A DNA stretch of 64,000 nt from Camelus ferus (taxonomy: Eukaryota): contig NC_045696.1 of NCBI RefSeq assembly GCF_009834535.1, positions 76,944,001-77,008,000 of the forward strand, written 5' to 3'. Positions 1 to 12,024 of this stretch are shown piece after piece. A program made the translations under genes and the position numbers. A model generated the notes under the pieces. That model saw only the letters and a program-made list of their open reading frames with translations. It did not search any database and was not told the origin of the DNA. Position 1 is the stretch's first letter; each line of letters opens with the position of its first letter.

Positions 1-1299
1 TTTTAGATTAGGGAATCCTCTAAAAGTTATTGACCAGCTCACAAGACTGAATTTAAATGCACCAGGTTAGAAGAGCTAGCTGTTGGGGTGGAGACTGGGT
101 AGGAGCAGAGAGAATAGCAACCCTTCTTGGAAAAGGCAGAAGAAGCGTGGAGAGTCCTGAGCTAGCTTTATGCATAATCCATCAAAATTACAGGCTCCAA
201 GTTGAGCACGGCCTGCACTGAGATCCCAGCAGAGGGTGCACACTGTGCTCCAGCTGTGTGCCAACTGCTGGACCCTTCAGATGAGTACGGCACGGCATCT
301 GCCCTCACAGCCCATAATTTGATGGGGGGCACCTTAATGGTTCCACAAACAACAATTCTAAACCACATACATATGCTGTGCTAACTATGGTTGAAAAGCA
401 ATTTGCTGGAGAGAGGAATTCCAGTAGCAGGATATGAGAAAGCCCTTTGAGCCCTTAGCGCTTGGGCTCACCCTCACTTGGATGATGGAGGGAGAGATTT
501 TAGTAGGTGCTGTCATGACAGGAGGATATGACAGATAGAAGGGGCAGCTGAGATAAAACCCTGGTGGCAGGGAATTGAACAGATTCAGGGAACACAGGGT
601 AAATCAGGTAACAAGACTGCAGGGCTGAATGAAGTTAGAATCGTTTGTACGTGAAGAGAGTCCGGGATCTTTGTTTACATTTATTTATTCCTGGCACGGG
701 AATGCAAATCTTTCTTGCATAATGAAATCTTGACTTAGATCTTCTCCTTCTTATCATCCGCCCCATTCTGTTTGTCCTTTCTCTCCCCTCAAGCTTCTGC
801 TTTTCTGGTATAAAGACTGATTGTAATTCTCCTCTAATAGAAGACTACTGGAAACTGACAAGGAGGGACTAAAAGATTGTGTAATCAAAGGCAATAAAAA
901 GATTCGCTTGAATGGGTGCCTAGCTCACTTCCCAAAGCATGCTCTTCTGCAAATACAAAATAATGTGTGGCTCCTCTAACGTGCCGGGCAATGTGCATTA
1001 TCCTATCTGTCTTCCTTTATCACTTAAGTTCACTCCATAGGTAACCACTATTTTAAATCCATCTTTCTTTACTCAAACCATTTTCTCTTTAACTGGAACA
1101 AAGGAATCTAAGCTTAGAGCTTCCTGCGAACAGCATGAAAACCTTTTAAGTTACACAGCGTTGGTGGGTTTTCACCCCTTCTAAGTACAATACATATGCT
1201 ATCCCTGGGGTTCACTTAATGCTTCCTTACTGATGATAAAACTGCCGCTTGGCATGGACGAGGGCCCAGCACACTGCATCACTGTGCACTCTCGTTCAG

Positions 1300-1453
1300 A
1301 TTGCAGTCTAACCAGCGAAGCCGAAATGGAAAGTCTAAGCCCCGGATCCTGGAGGCACAGAGCATAGTAAATGTTGCGCTTGCTAATGTTTCTTCTCTTG
1401 AATGTGAAATGCACTTGCTAATGCCTCCAGATCCCAATGTCCTAAGTGGTCGG
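1300..1453 (+). other. candidate internal exon (unassigned)
   Basis: Acceptor-like ctctcgttcag|A at 1299/1300 and strong donor CGG|gtgagt at 1453/1454 in non-repeat sequence. One frame is open across it, but I do not recognise the peptide. Confidence 0.2.
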
Positions 1454-1859
1454 GTGAGTCTGAATTGTGTACCATGGACAAGCCACAGAGGGCTCAGGGG
1501 AGAGACTTTGAAAGGGAAAATGATGTGATTGCTGAACTCCTCCACCTCCAAGAGAGTCCTTAACAGGAAAACCTGCCTGCTCTGGGTGGGAATGAAGTTA
1601 CCATTCTTTTGCTTGTCCTTTCTGAAAACAAGCCTAGCAGCCAGCCTGCTGTTCTTGTGTTGGTTGCATATACAACTTTATGTACGAGAAATTTGACAAG
1701 AAGTGTTATTAAATGAACAGAAAGGACCTTGGATTGGCTTGCTCAGAGCCAAGAAAACAAAACAGATGGAGCAAAATCATGTATTATGCCACCAACTATT
1801 AGTGCAACCGACTTGACCGCTTCCCATATTGTTTTCGTATCTGACAGTACGGTGATTTA

Positions 1860-2070
1860 TAATTTAGAAAATGCTTTCACCCACTTTATTTTGACTGAGT
1901 CTTGCAAACATATCAGGGGAGAGGCCAGGCAGAGATATTATTTCCATGGGACTGATGGGGAAACAGGCATAGAAATAATTGAATGGTCCAAAGTCACGTA
2001 AGAGGCAACACTCTGCTTAAAACTCAGACCTTCTGATTTAAGCCCAGTATCTGTTTATCACATTGCTTCC
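1860..2070 (-). mobile_element. MIR SINE remnant
   Basis: Degenerate antisense MIR core (tattatttccat...gatggggaaacaggcatagaaataattgaatggtccaaagtcac). Confidence 0.6.
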
Positions 2071-2240
2071 TAGTTGAAACACTTTCTATCCCACTAGGAC
2101 CCTCTAGGGAGAAGGCACCCTTCCCAGGGTCCTCTGAGAAAACTGCTCTGACCACAGCAAGCTATATGCCTGGCTTCGGCATTCATTATGTGAACCACCA
2201 AATTTGACAAATATTGTGGATTCTCTTGTTTCTTATTTTT

Positions 2241-2356
2241 TTGAGGGGGGCTTATTAGGTTTTTATTTATTTGTTTTAATAGAAGTACTGGGGATTGAAC
2301 CCAGGACCTCATGTGTGCTAAGCACGCACTCTCCCACTGAGCTATACACTTCCCCC
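2241..2356 (-). mobile_element. tRNA-derived SINE, camelid Vic-1-like
   Basis: Minus strand reads ggggaagtgtaTAGCTCAGTGGgagagtgcgtgcttagcacacatgaggtcctGGGTTCAATCCCcagtacttc (Pol III A and B boxes), followed by an A-rich tail. Flanked by a 15 bp TSD with 1 mismatch (2226-2240 / 2358-2372). Confidence 0.9.
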
Positions 2357-3158
2357 TTTGTTTCCTATTTTTAAAATAGTTCTTTTTGTGTTGAATTACA
2401 GAATGCAAGCTTCCCAAGAGCAGATGTGACTTTGTTGGACACATAGCAAGCATTTAACAGACACCGACTTCCTAAATATTTTTGTTATTACAATGGATAC
2501 TGTATATAAATCACATAAGGAATGTTACTCTACATTGAGTGAAAGGATGTATTAAAGTGATTTTTATACTTTTTACCCATCACTTTGATTCTCTTAAATA
2601 TCATCAACATGATGGAATACATTTCCTGGCAAATCCAAATATAAAAAATAATAAAATTTGGATAGTGGTCTGTAACTTTTTTAGGCTTTGTACATCTCTG
2701 AGAATATGTTGCAAATCATGTGTTTGTATGCAAATCCAAAATGGGGACAGAAAGCAATCCATGGGAGTCCTTTTTAGGCCATAAGTAGGGACTCCTATGT
2801 AAGAAAGAGTAATGTTGTTATGTTGCCTGATAGAGGCCACTTGTAAGCATCACGTTACTAGAGCAGAAGAAAGGAGAAAGTTCAGCTTTCCTGAGATTCC
2901 CATGGTGTTCAGTCAGATAGATATTCCTCTACCTTCCCTTTCTTTCTTGTAAACTCTGCAGTTTCTCCTACTGTGTTTTTAGTAAAACAAGAGGATAGCA
3001 CTCCTTTAAAAATTCTGTCTGACAGTCCTTTGTTGTACATGTACCTACCCCATGCCAGACACTGTGCTGGCTGCAATGGAGATGCCAACCTCTTGAGATG
3101 GGTTTCCCGTCCTCAAGAGGCTTGCAGTCTAGAATGTGTTTTAAAAAGTCTGTAAATT

Positions 3159-4094
3159 AGATGGCTGATAGGTGCATGAAAAAATGCTCAAACTGCTAAT
3201 TATCAGAGAAATGCAAATCAAAACTACAGTGAGCTATCACCTCATACCAGTCAGAATGGCCATCATTAAGAAGTCCACAAAAAATAAATGCTGGAGAGGG
3301 TGTAGAGAAAAGGGAGCCTTCCTACACTCCTGGTGGGAATGTAGTTTGATGCAGCCAGTATGGAGAACAGTATGGAGATTTCTCAAAAAACTAAAAATTA
3401 CCCTATGATCCAGCAATCCCATTTTTGGGCTTATATCTGGAGAAGACTCTAATTTGATGCATGGACCCCTGTGTCCATAGCAGCACTATTTATAATAGCC
3501 AAGACATGGAAGCAATGTAAATGTTCATTAACAGATGATTGGATAAAGAAAACGTGGTGTGTTTGTGTATATACATACATACATACATACATACACACAC
3601 ACAATGGAATACTACTCAGTCATAAAAATAATAAAATAATGCCATTTACAGCAACATGGATGGACCTAGAGATTATCATACTAAGTAAAGTAAGCCAGAC
3701 AGAGAAAGACAAATATCATATGATATCACTAATATGTGGAATCTAAAAAATGAGACAGATGAACTTATTTATAAAACAGAAACAGACTCAGACACAGAAA
3801 ACAACCTTATGGTTGCCATAAGGGAAGGAGGGTGGAGGGATAAATTAGGAATTTGAGTTTAGCAGATACACACTACTATGTATAAAATAGACAAACAACA
3901 AGGCCCTATGGTATAGCACAGGGAACTATATTCAGTATCTTTTAATAACCTATAGTGAAAAAGAATATGTGTATGTGTATGTATGTATATATATATACAT
4001 ATATATATACACACACACATAACTGAATCATTATACTGTACACCAGAAGCTAGTGCAATATTGTAAATTAGCTATACTTCAGTTAAAAAAAAAA
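3159..4094 (+). mobile_element. 5'-truncated LINE-1 (ORF2 C-terminus + 3'UTR + poly-A), older cetartiodactyl-type family
   Basis: ORFs 3172..3408 and 3471..3746 translate as the L1 ORF2 C-terminus ([10 protein letters not shown]...CWRGC...HSWWEC...; ...MISLICGI*), followed by a typical 3'UTR and an A-run at about 4085-4094. Confidence 0.95.
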
Positions 4095-5434
4095 GGTCAA
4101 AATTCTGCCTAGGGGAGAAGGGTAAGGCTTCTGGGTAATCTTACACTTTGGGGATGAAATAAGTGGGTGTCTTTTGGGTGGATAATAAGAATGGCATTGT
4201 AGCAAAGCACTCACTGGCTCATGCTTAGGTTCAAAGACACTGCAGAATACAGTCCATTCAGGACACGATGACTGGTTCAGTGTGTGCTCAGAGTCAAGTG
4301 CGGGGTGAGCAGGTGGGTGGGTAGAAGGGCAGTCAGGGCTCCTGCAGGAAAGGGACATAAGATATGTGTTTTTTGTTCTACCATTGCAAATACCCATCTG
4401 GGTGAAGCTAAAATCTGTCTGGAGATCCTTTGTATTATGGCCAGGTTAGACTTACTGCCACTTGCTACCACTGGCTACACAAAAAGAATTATTGGCTTTT
4501 GTCATAATCCAGATGCTAGAAAGACAGCCATCTGAACAAAAAAACCTGCCTGTCCATTGCTAGATGTATGAACTATAAAAGCTCTTCAGTGCAATACGAA
4601 CATTTCCTTGGATTCTGGGGTGTTAACACAGCTGTTTATAAACACTGTCAATCCACAAGTAACTGGGGGAAGCCACAGAGTGATTTATCTGGCTGCCTGA
4701 GCATTTTGGAAGGAAAAAAAAAGAACTTTGGTGACATGGTAGACACCCTGCTGATATTTTAAGTAGCAGCCGGAATCTGTTTTCAGCTGAATGGACGTGT
4801 AGGCTCTGTCTCTGATTATTTATGCATCATGTGGCTCTATGCTGAATCCTTGCCATTTGCCTATTTAATTCAGTGAATGCTAGTGGACCTGTATTCTATC
4901 TGCTCATTTATTTATTCTCCAACATTGGCGGCAGGTCCAAAAGGCCAGTGCTTGCACATCAAAGTCTTGTGGGTAAGTGGGCTGCACTTCACTGAAGTCG
5001 GCCTTGTCAGGGCTTCTTTGTAATCAGATTCAGTACCAACTGCCATGCGTATTCAGACAGTGAGCTGTATCCCTCATCATTTAACTGTCTTGGGACTTGG
5101 GGGGTGCAAGCTACAACTGTGCCCCATCTGCAGCCCCTCTGCTTTGAGGACACAAGATTATTAAGTTGATTTGCCATAGCTTCTTGGAGATGGCATAAAA
5201 AGTGTCCCGCAGAAGTCAAGTCTCAGCCCTGTGGACCCTGTCTCTCCGTCAGCTGCTTCTGGTGTTAGTGGAGCTCTTTTGGGCGAGGGAAGTGATGAAA
5301 TGAGATGAATGGTCTGGCTTCCATGGGGAAATTAGAGAGTGAACCTTGTAAACTTGCTTTGCCTGAGAGCCCTAGAGCACTTTGTGTGGCTGATGCCCAC
5401 CAGGGGTTGTGAGAGAGCCTGCTCTGCATTATGC

Positions 5435-5586
5435 CGAGTCTGTGCAGCCGAGGTCTCACAGGTGGCAGAGTAGTCAGCGCGCACGATCCAGGTCGGAATG
5501 CCGCTGTGATGCTCGTGCGGTCCAGGGCGGCCCTCCGCTCAGCCTTCAGGCTCAGGACTTGGCTCAGCTGTCTGGGCGCGGTATCG
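5435..5586. promoter_or_regulatory. small CpG-dense cluster
   Basis: 14 CpG in 152 bp by hand count, against a CpG-poor background. Contains CAGGTG and CAGCTG E-boxes. Function is not shown. Confidence 0.35.
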
Positions 5587-5974
5587 GGAGGCATGTTGTC
5601 TTGTGTCTCCCTTCTTGATTCACTTGTCAGACTTGGTCTGTAGGATCGTAAGACTTGGAGAAATCTCAAAGTACTATTGTTCCACTTTCTCCCCATCTTC
5701 CTCTTTTTTTATACCATGTTTAAGCCACATTAATGGGATGCTATTCTCTTCTGCAACTCAACAGAAAATGGTCTGCCTTGGTACCTTGTACTAACATCTC
5801 TCTGGCTCATGAAATGTTTGCTTAGATAGTTTGTGAAATATGTTTACTCAGCTTGTGAATCTCTGTTTGTAGCTGACCCCCCCAACTCCCCAATATCTTG
5901 TTGAAGCTGGCCACAGCCACATTACTTTTACTTTTCCTCTCAAGTCTTGTTTTCATTTCTTTGGATAGAGTTTT

Positions 5975-6215
5975 TAGGATTTAGTATTTACTAAGTAGTT
6001 ATTATATGCTTTACCCTGTACTAAATAATTTGACATGCATGATCTCTTCTACTTTTTCAATGGGTAGAAACTCTTATTTCACCATTATCAGTAGGAGGAT
6101 ATTGAGGCTTAAAGAGGTTGAATAACTTGTTCAGGACAACATAGCCAGTAATTGGTGCAGCCTGAATTTAAATTCAGATGTGTCTTATTACTGACCCTGA
6201 ATTCTAATCTTTATG
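5975..6215 (-). mobile_element. MIR SINE remnant
   Basis: Antisense MIR core accattatcagtaggaggatattgaggcttaaagaggttgaataacttgttcaggacaacatagccagtaattggtg. Confidence 0.7.
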
Positions 6216-6324
6216 CTCTATTATTACCTTCAGCCATGTAATGTAGTACTTCACAAAGTATCATTACCCATAGTTTGCTAACATTCTGCAGATCTTTAAA
6301 ATTTTTTTTAAAATAGTTTTTAAA

Positions 6325-6565
6325 ACCATGGGCTCACGAGCAGGTTACCCGAGTGTATGTGTGTTTATTTAAATGAATTGGACTAGAATAGAATATTACA
6401 AAATAGGAAACACTAGAATATATCGATATACTAATGGTACATATATTTTTGTGAAACATCTGCCATGGGGTGTACACCTATACACCTATATAGGTATATA
6501 GGTGTATATGTGTCATTGAGTCAATGCAAAATGTATTTATTACTGTGAGTCAGGGTAAATTTAGA
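6325..6565. mobile_element. hAT-Charlie DNA transposon fossil (MER103-like)
   Basis: Resembles recalled MER103C motifs (aatagaata...ttgtgaaac...gcaaaatgtatttattactgtgagtc). Confidence 0.5.
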
Positions 6566-8801
6566 GACACAAGGCAGTGCATGGTATAAGAGCAGTATAA
6601 GTTCCTTGCCATCAAGATACTTAGCTCTCAGTGGAAAGGGAATATATGCATATTTAAATTTACGTTGGCAAAAATTCACAGCAGTAGATTATTCAAAGCC
6701 AAAGTATGCATCTGTAGATAACATTAAAGTCGTAATCCTCTCCCAGTACTCACATCTACTGATGATTATTTTTAAGAATATATATGATGCTCTTTGAACA
6801 TCTCAGGGACAAAGACATGCCTTGTTGTTTAGAATTCTCAGTGTCCTGAGCAGGGAAGGTGCTCACGGCATGGATGGAAGGAGGAATGAGGACGGTAGCC
6901 CCCTCTGCAAAGGTCATTATTTTACAGTAGCACATCCTGAGTTTGGAGAAACCTCTAACCAGCTCTCTCATTTTATGCTTGTTTCTTCCTTTTAAAAATG
7001 AATCACTTTCTATGATATGTGAAAGGACCTGAATAAGTCACAGAAATTTCTGGAGGCTGAATAGGATGGGAATTGTCATGGTGGCTCCTCCCTATCTTGA
7101 TTCAGCTGGTGGCCTCTTCCATCCATTTCTGCAAGGACGTGAGGGAAAGGGTATTTTTAAGTGAATTGGGCCAAATTTACCAAAAAGAAAATATGCTGAA
7201 CACATGTCCTTTGGTATCTCAGCTACTTAACCTTACAGCTTTGTGCCAATCACCGGAATTAACTTAAAAGCAGAGCTAACACTTTATGAGTCAAAAGACT
7301 TTTTGGAAAAAATGTCTATTGCCTCTTTAGCAGAGTTACATAAAGGTGTTTTTGTAATGTTCTCACAATCTTCTCAGAAATTATCTTATGCAGTATTTGC
7401 TATTTAAATTTGTGTCAAGTGAATGATTTAACCACAGTTGCATTAACAAAGGAATTAAATTTTAGTTTTTCAGGGGCCAAAGGGTTGCCTTTTAAAAACT
7501 AGTGTAAAAATAAGCAAGAAGAAGTAGTGAGGTATGACTCAAGAGCCATAAAATCTGGGCATACTGAGAAATAGTGCTTAGACGTTTTATTTGAGATTCT
7601 TCAGTTTATTTCTTGCTACCTAAAACTAATCTTTATTGACTTTATTTTTTTCAAATTAAACATGTTCTCAGAACAAATTGGTTGCCTGATATACACCAAA
7701 AATTGGGTAGGATGCTGATGGGTCAGTGGAACCCGAGAGGCAAGCCTGCCCTCACAGTGCTGGAGAGGAAGCAGACACGTACAAGGTGATTCTGGTACAG
7801 GTGTGTGCATGTCACAGCAGGGATGACACAGAGCATCATCAGACACTCTCTCAAATTACACCGTGTGGGAGGCTGCCTCTCAGAGGATGTGGGACTTAGG
7901 TTAAGAACTGAAGAAAGAGTAGAAGAGTTCAATGGGGCAACAGAAGGGCAACCCAAGGTGCAAGGGATGGGGGGAGGGGAAAAAGAGCAACTTGTATATG
8001 CTGCTTTCTGAGGATTTCTGAGTGGTTCTGTATGACCAGAACTCAGGAATGGGAGGTGAGGATGTGGAAATGTTCCTGGAGAATAGGTTCTTGTCTCATT
8101 GCAGAAAGAATTCAGAAATGAGATATGGAGGTCAAGAAAGTGAGGACTTAGTAAGTGATAGTACACTTTCAAGGGGACAGTGGGCAGACTCAGGTGAGCA
8201 GCTGTGTGTGCTGAGTTTCTTTGGCAGGCTGGTTACATGGGGTGTAAAAATGAATGGACAGAATATTCATTGTGGAGGGATGGGTTGGGGGTCTTATTCC
8301 CTGATTTTCATCCCAGATCCACCTTCGCAAGGTGAGGAGGGATTTTTGTCCTTATATAGTCTGGATCGGAAGTGTCATAGCATCAGTACATGATGGGTAC
8401 TTCTTTTCTCTGAGGCTAATTGTATTGTAATGAGGGCGTAATGAGCAATGGTTACATTTGGACACTGGAGATTCCTAACTTTTCCACCTGTCTTTGTTTC
8501 CCTCCAGGACACTAGTCACCCCAAAATGTGTGATTTCTTATCAGTCCCGATGCTCCTGCTTTTCTCTGTCTGCCCAAGGCCCCAGCTGTTCACAGGATAT
8601 ATGGTTTCCTGCCACTTGGCCCGTGCCCCTCTTCTCTGGCCATATCTAGCTGTCTGCCTGCTCTAACAGACAGATGAGGTTGAGAGGGAAGGGTGGGGAT
8701 TAAGAGTTTTCTAAACCATGCTCTGGAGTTTTTACTAAATCCCTGAGGGATATGGGGAAGCTTTGAAGGGTTTTCAGTAGAGAAGTGAGATGACAGTTAA
8801 C

Positions 8802-9053
8802 CCTGTCGACGGTAATGGTGCTTCGCAGCAGTTCCAGAACTGCCTTTCCTCTTTTCCTCTGTGGGAGGGAACGGAGCTGTAGTGTGTATTCCTCCACCTC
8901 CTCCTTCAGCTGCATTTTCCTGACAGTTCGAAGGGAGGGATCAGACGTCATGTCTGCTAGACCTGGAGCCTCTGTGGCTATAGGCAGAACACCACCACTC
9001 ACAACAGCACCGCAAATTAGACCTCCTAGCAGTTTGTAAAACTCTCTGACTAC
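8802..9053 (-). other. candidate 252 bp exon-like open frame (84 codons), unassigned
   Basis: Pyrimidine tract plus TAG acceptor (tttttttctctag|GTA) at 9054/9053, stop-free frame to a weak donor AGG|gttaac at 8802/8801. No recognised homology. Confidence 0.2.
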
Positions 9054-10336
9054 CTAGAGAAAAAAATTTTTCACTCCAGTAGAAGAGAAAAAACGATAAC
9101 TGAGCAAGAATATTTACAGTCCTGCATGACAGGTAGGGAGCGATAACACCCATTGGCCTTTACTTTAAAAATGGTGCTATAGTTAACAAATACTTTCTCA
9201 TTGAAGGCAGCAGAAAAAGAAATGAGTTTATGTGGCAAGCTCTGTCTTTGTTATACAAACCTGACTAGTGTTTCTACTGATTTCTGCCTGTAGGTTTTTT
9301 ATTAGTCAGCCTAGGCTTACACCCCAAGGAGAAACAGAAAATTAGGCTCAAGTACAAACTTTTTCAGCTTCTAGCCTCCCAGAGGGAGGTTTCTGTTTGC
9401 TCTATTCTGCCTCGTTGCTCCTCTGGATCACTTGGTTCTTAATTATTCTCACAGGCCTTTGCATTTCTGCCTTCATCCATCATTCTTTAAAGGTCTTGGA
9501 ACTTTTCAGGAAATGATTTTCATGCGTATCTTAAGGGCATGTAAAAATCATCAGAAGCCAACATTCTCTCCGAGAAGTAAAATACTCTTTTCCTTTTCCT
9601 GTCTGTCTGCACTTGTTCTGGTGAATCTGCTTGAAATCTCAGGCACATACAGACCACTATGTGCAGGTCAGTGGATGTTACTTGGATGGCAGAATGAAGA
9701 AACAGTTCTTAACACATGTAAAGGCAAAAATACAGTGATACATTATCACTCTAGGGGATAAGAAAAGGTCCGGGTCCATCATTCTTGCAGAAACCATCTC
9801 ATACACACAAATATGGTATCTTAATTAAGGAAAAAACCTTACAATGAATGAGTAAATTATTAAAAATTTCTGGTTTATCTTAATAGTCATGTCTAACCAG
9901 CTGCTTGCCATGTCTCTTGCTACTTTTATTTGTCCTACCATCAGCTGTCCACTGGCTTTTGACCTTTAACTTGCAGAAACTAGATACTTCTCCCAGAAGA
10001 CCCCCAAGGTTGTCAGATTGTGGTTCTTGTCTTAGTCTGGTCTGTGCTTGGCTTACTTTACGTTCTTTACCTTTAACCTTTCAAGCTCTCCATGGTCCAG
10101 CTCCTAGCCCTCTGGCAGAGGTTGACTAGTACCTGTGGTTCTGGTGTTAATGCAAGAGCTGAGTCTTACCAAGACTCTGACTAGGAGTTTGCTAGGTCCT
10201 CCTGACATGCTGTTAGTGCTTGCTCTTCTTCACTCCCAAATGTTCACATGGCTGACTCCTTCCTGTCCTGCAGGCCCCATCTCCTAAATGCCATCTCCTG
10301 TGATCATCCCAGTTAATATTTCTATCCCAAGCCCTC

Positions 10337-10830
10337 ATTGCCTAGTTTGGGGACACTAAGCTGCTCCTTAAAAAAAGGACCCATGATGGTGTATGTTTAT
10401 TTTCCATATAATGCTATCGATGTAATTGGCCCAGGTTATGGGAAAAACTCTACTCCGTGACGTCATGTATGTATCCAGGATCCTCTCATACGGTTCTGTC
10501 TGTTACTGCCCAAAGCATTGTCATCATCTGAATAATTAAAGCTGGGTTGTTGCTGTATTCCATTTCTAGCCAATGGGAAAGGGAAAGAGCATGGAGGAGG
10601 TCCCGAACCAAAAGTGGCACACATCATTCCCTTCCCTGTTTCATTGGTGAGGACATACTCACGTGGCCACACTTGCTGCAAGGGAGGCTGGGGAATGTAG
10701 TTAGCTGGGCAGCTCAGTACAACTCTACTTTTTTTTTTCTTAACATTTTTAATCGATTGATAATCATTTTACAACTCTACTTTTATAGAAAGGTAGATTC
10801 TTTTGGAGAACTGGCAGTCCTCATACCACT
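10337..10830 (-). mobile_element. ERVL-MaLR solo LTR (MLT1J-like)
   Basis: Characteristic aagtggcacacatcattcc...cattgg...tcacgtggccacacttgctgcaagggaggctggggaatgtagt. Confidence 0.75.
10733..10769 (-). mobile_element. extremely 5'-truncated LINE-1 micro-insertion (young family)
   Basis: ttttttcttaacatttttaatcgattgataatcattt matches the 3' terminus of the L1 at 60351-60390. Flanked by the perfect 15 bp direct repeat tacaactctactttt (10718-10732 / 10770-10784). Confidence 0.85.
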
Positions 10831-12024
10831 ATTATTATCAGGAATAATTTTAAATTAATGAGTTAATTTATTTTTCTTGTTTACTCTCTTACTAGAATTT
10901 AAGATCTATAATGGAAGAACTATGTGTTATTTTTGTGTTACCTCTGCATCTCTGGTGCAGAGAACAATGTTTGGCCCATAGAAGGTATTTTCAAGGGTTT
11001 GAGGTCCCTGAGACTGGGAGAACCATTTGCTAAAGCTGAAAGCTACAAGATTTTTCATAAGTGGTGCCTCCTTTTTCACATCAGCTGAGTAGCTCACACA
11101 TTGGGGCAGTCAGGGGACCAAACCTGAGATGGTATGTTGGAGCTGCATTTAACTGAGTTCTTTCTGTTTTAGAAATAACAGACCCCATATGGAACAGGAA
11201 ATGTTTGATCACTGACTCCCATGGTGAATGTCTAGGTTGCTGGATTAGTTCCATTCATCTGAGATACTTAAATCAGGGGAGTAACTGGTGGCCCAGTGTA
11301 TTGCAGAATACTGATGTTATGTTTTTGAAAGATGGGGGCAAGATCTTAACTTACACCATGGTTCATTCTGCTTGCTAGGGCTACCACCTTTTTAGCAATC
11401 ATGTCATGCTGTTTCTGTTCGAGGTCCACCTCAGGGCCTGCCCGAAATACACAGATCCTAATGAATGAGAAACCTTTTTTGAGGGAAGGGGGAAAGTTCT
11501 TATCAGATCCTTTGTGGCATCTCCCCTTGCTTTCCCTACTCCTGTCCCTTCAGCCCTTCCATGGCCCCACCAAGGTCAGCACTCCTAGTTTCATGCCTTG
11601 TACTTAACCACATCTTGTCTCCTGGTTTGTCCCAATTTCATGTGGTCTTAAATCTTCATCTTGTATTTATTCTCCACTGGTGTTTATGATTCTGGTGTTG
11701 AAATAAAATGATAAAAAGGAGATTAATCTAGACTCTAAACTCTGCGTTAGTGGGGATAAGCTCTGTCTTACACGTTATGGTGTGCCCATTACCTAGCAGT
11801 GCCTATCAAAGAGCAGAGAGGCCAAAAGGTAAATGAACAACAGCAATGAAAAGATACGCATTCTACTTTGAGAAAAGGACAAGGAACGAAACACTAAGAT
11901 GCTATGATGCAGTAGCAAGGGTACTCAGAGAAGACCTTGTCTAAAAGACTAGTCTTTAAGTTAAGATACAAGGGGCCTGCAGAAGAAAAGAATCTAAGGT
12001 GATAGAGGACAGTTACTTCAAGTG

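Larger units (their letters stand above)
10220..10990 (+). mobile_element. L2 3' end, split by an MLT1 LTR
   Basis: L2-like ctcctaaatgccatctcctg on the left; on the right, ctagaatttaagatctataatggaagaactatgtg...tgcatctctggtgcagagaacaatgtttggcccatagaaggta. Confidence 0.55.

Noticed and set aside
2285..2356. tRNA gene
   Set aside because: It has A and B boxes but also a tRNA-unrelated 3' part, an A-rich tail and a TSD, so it is a SINE.
3143..4104. TSD for the L1 at 3159-4094 (aaaaagtctgtaaatt vs aaaaggtcaaaatt)
   Set aside because: Too degenerate, and needs an indel to align.
5265..5696. 143 aa minus-strand ORF as a real CDS
   Set aside because: No recognisable homology or splice context. Local GC richness explains the lack of stops.
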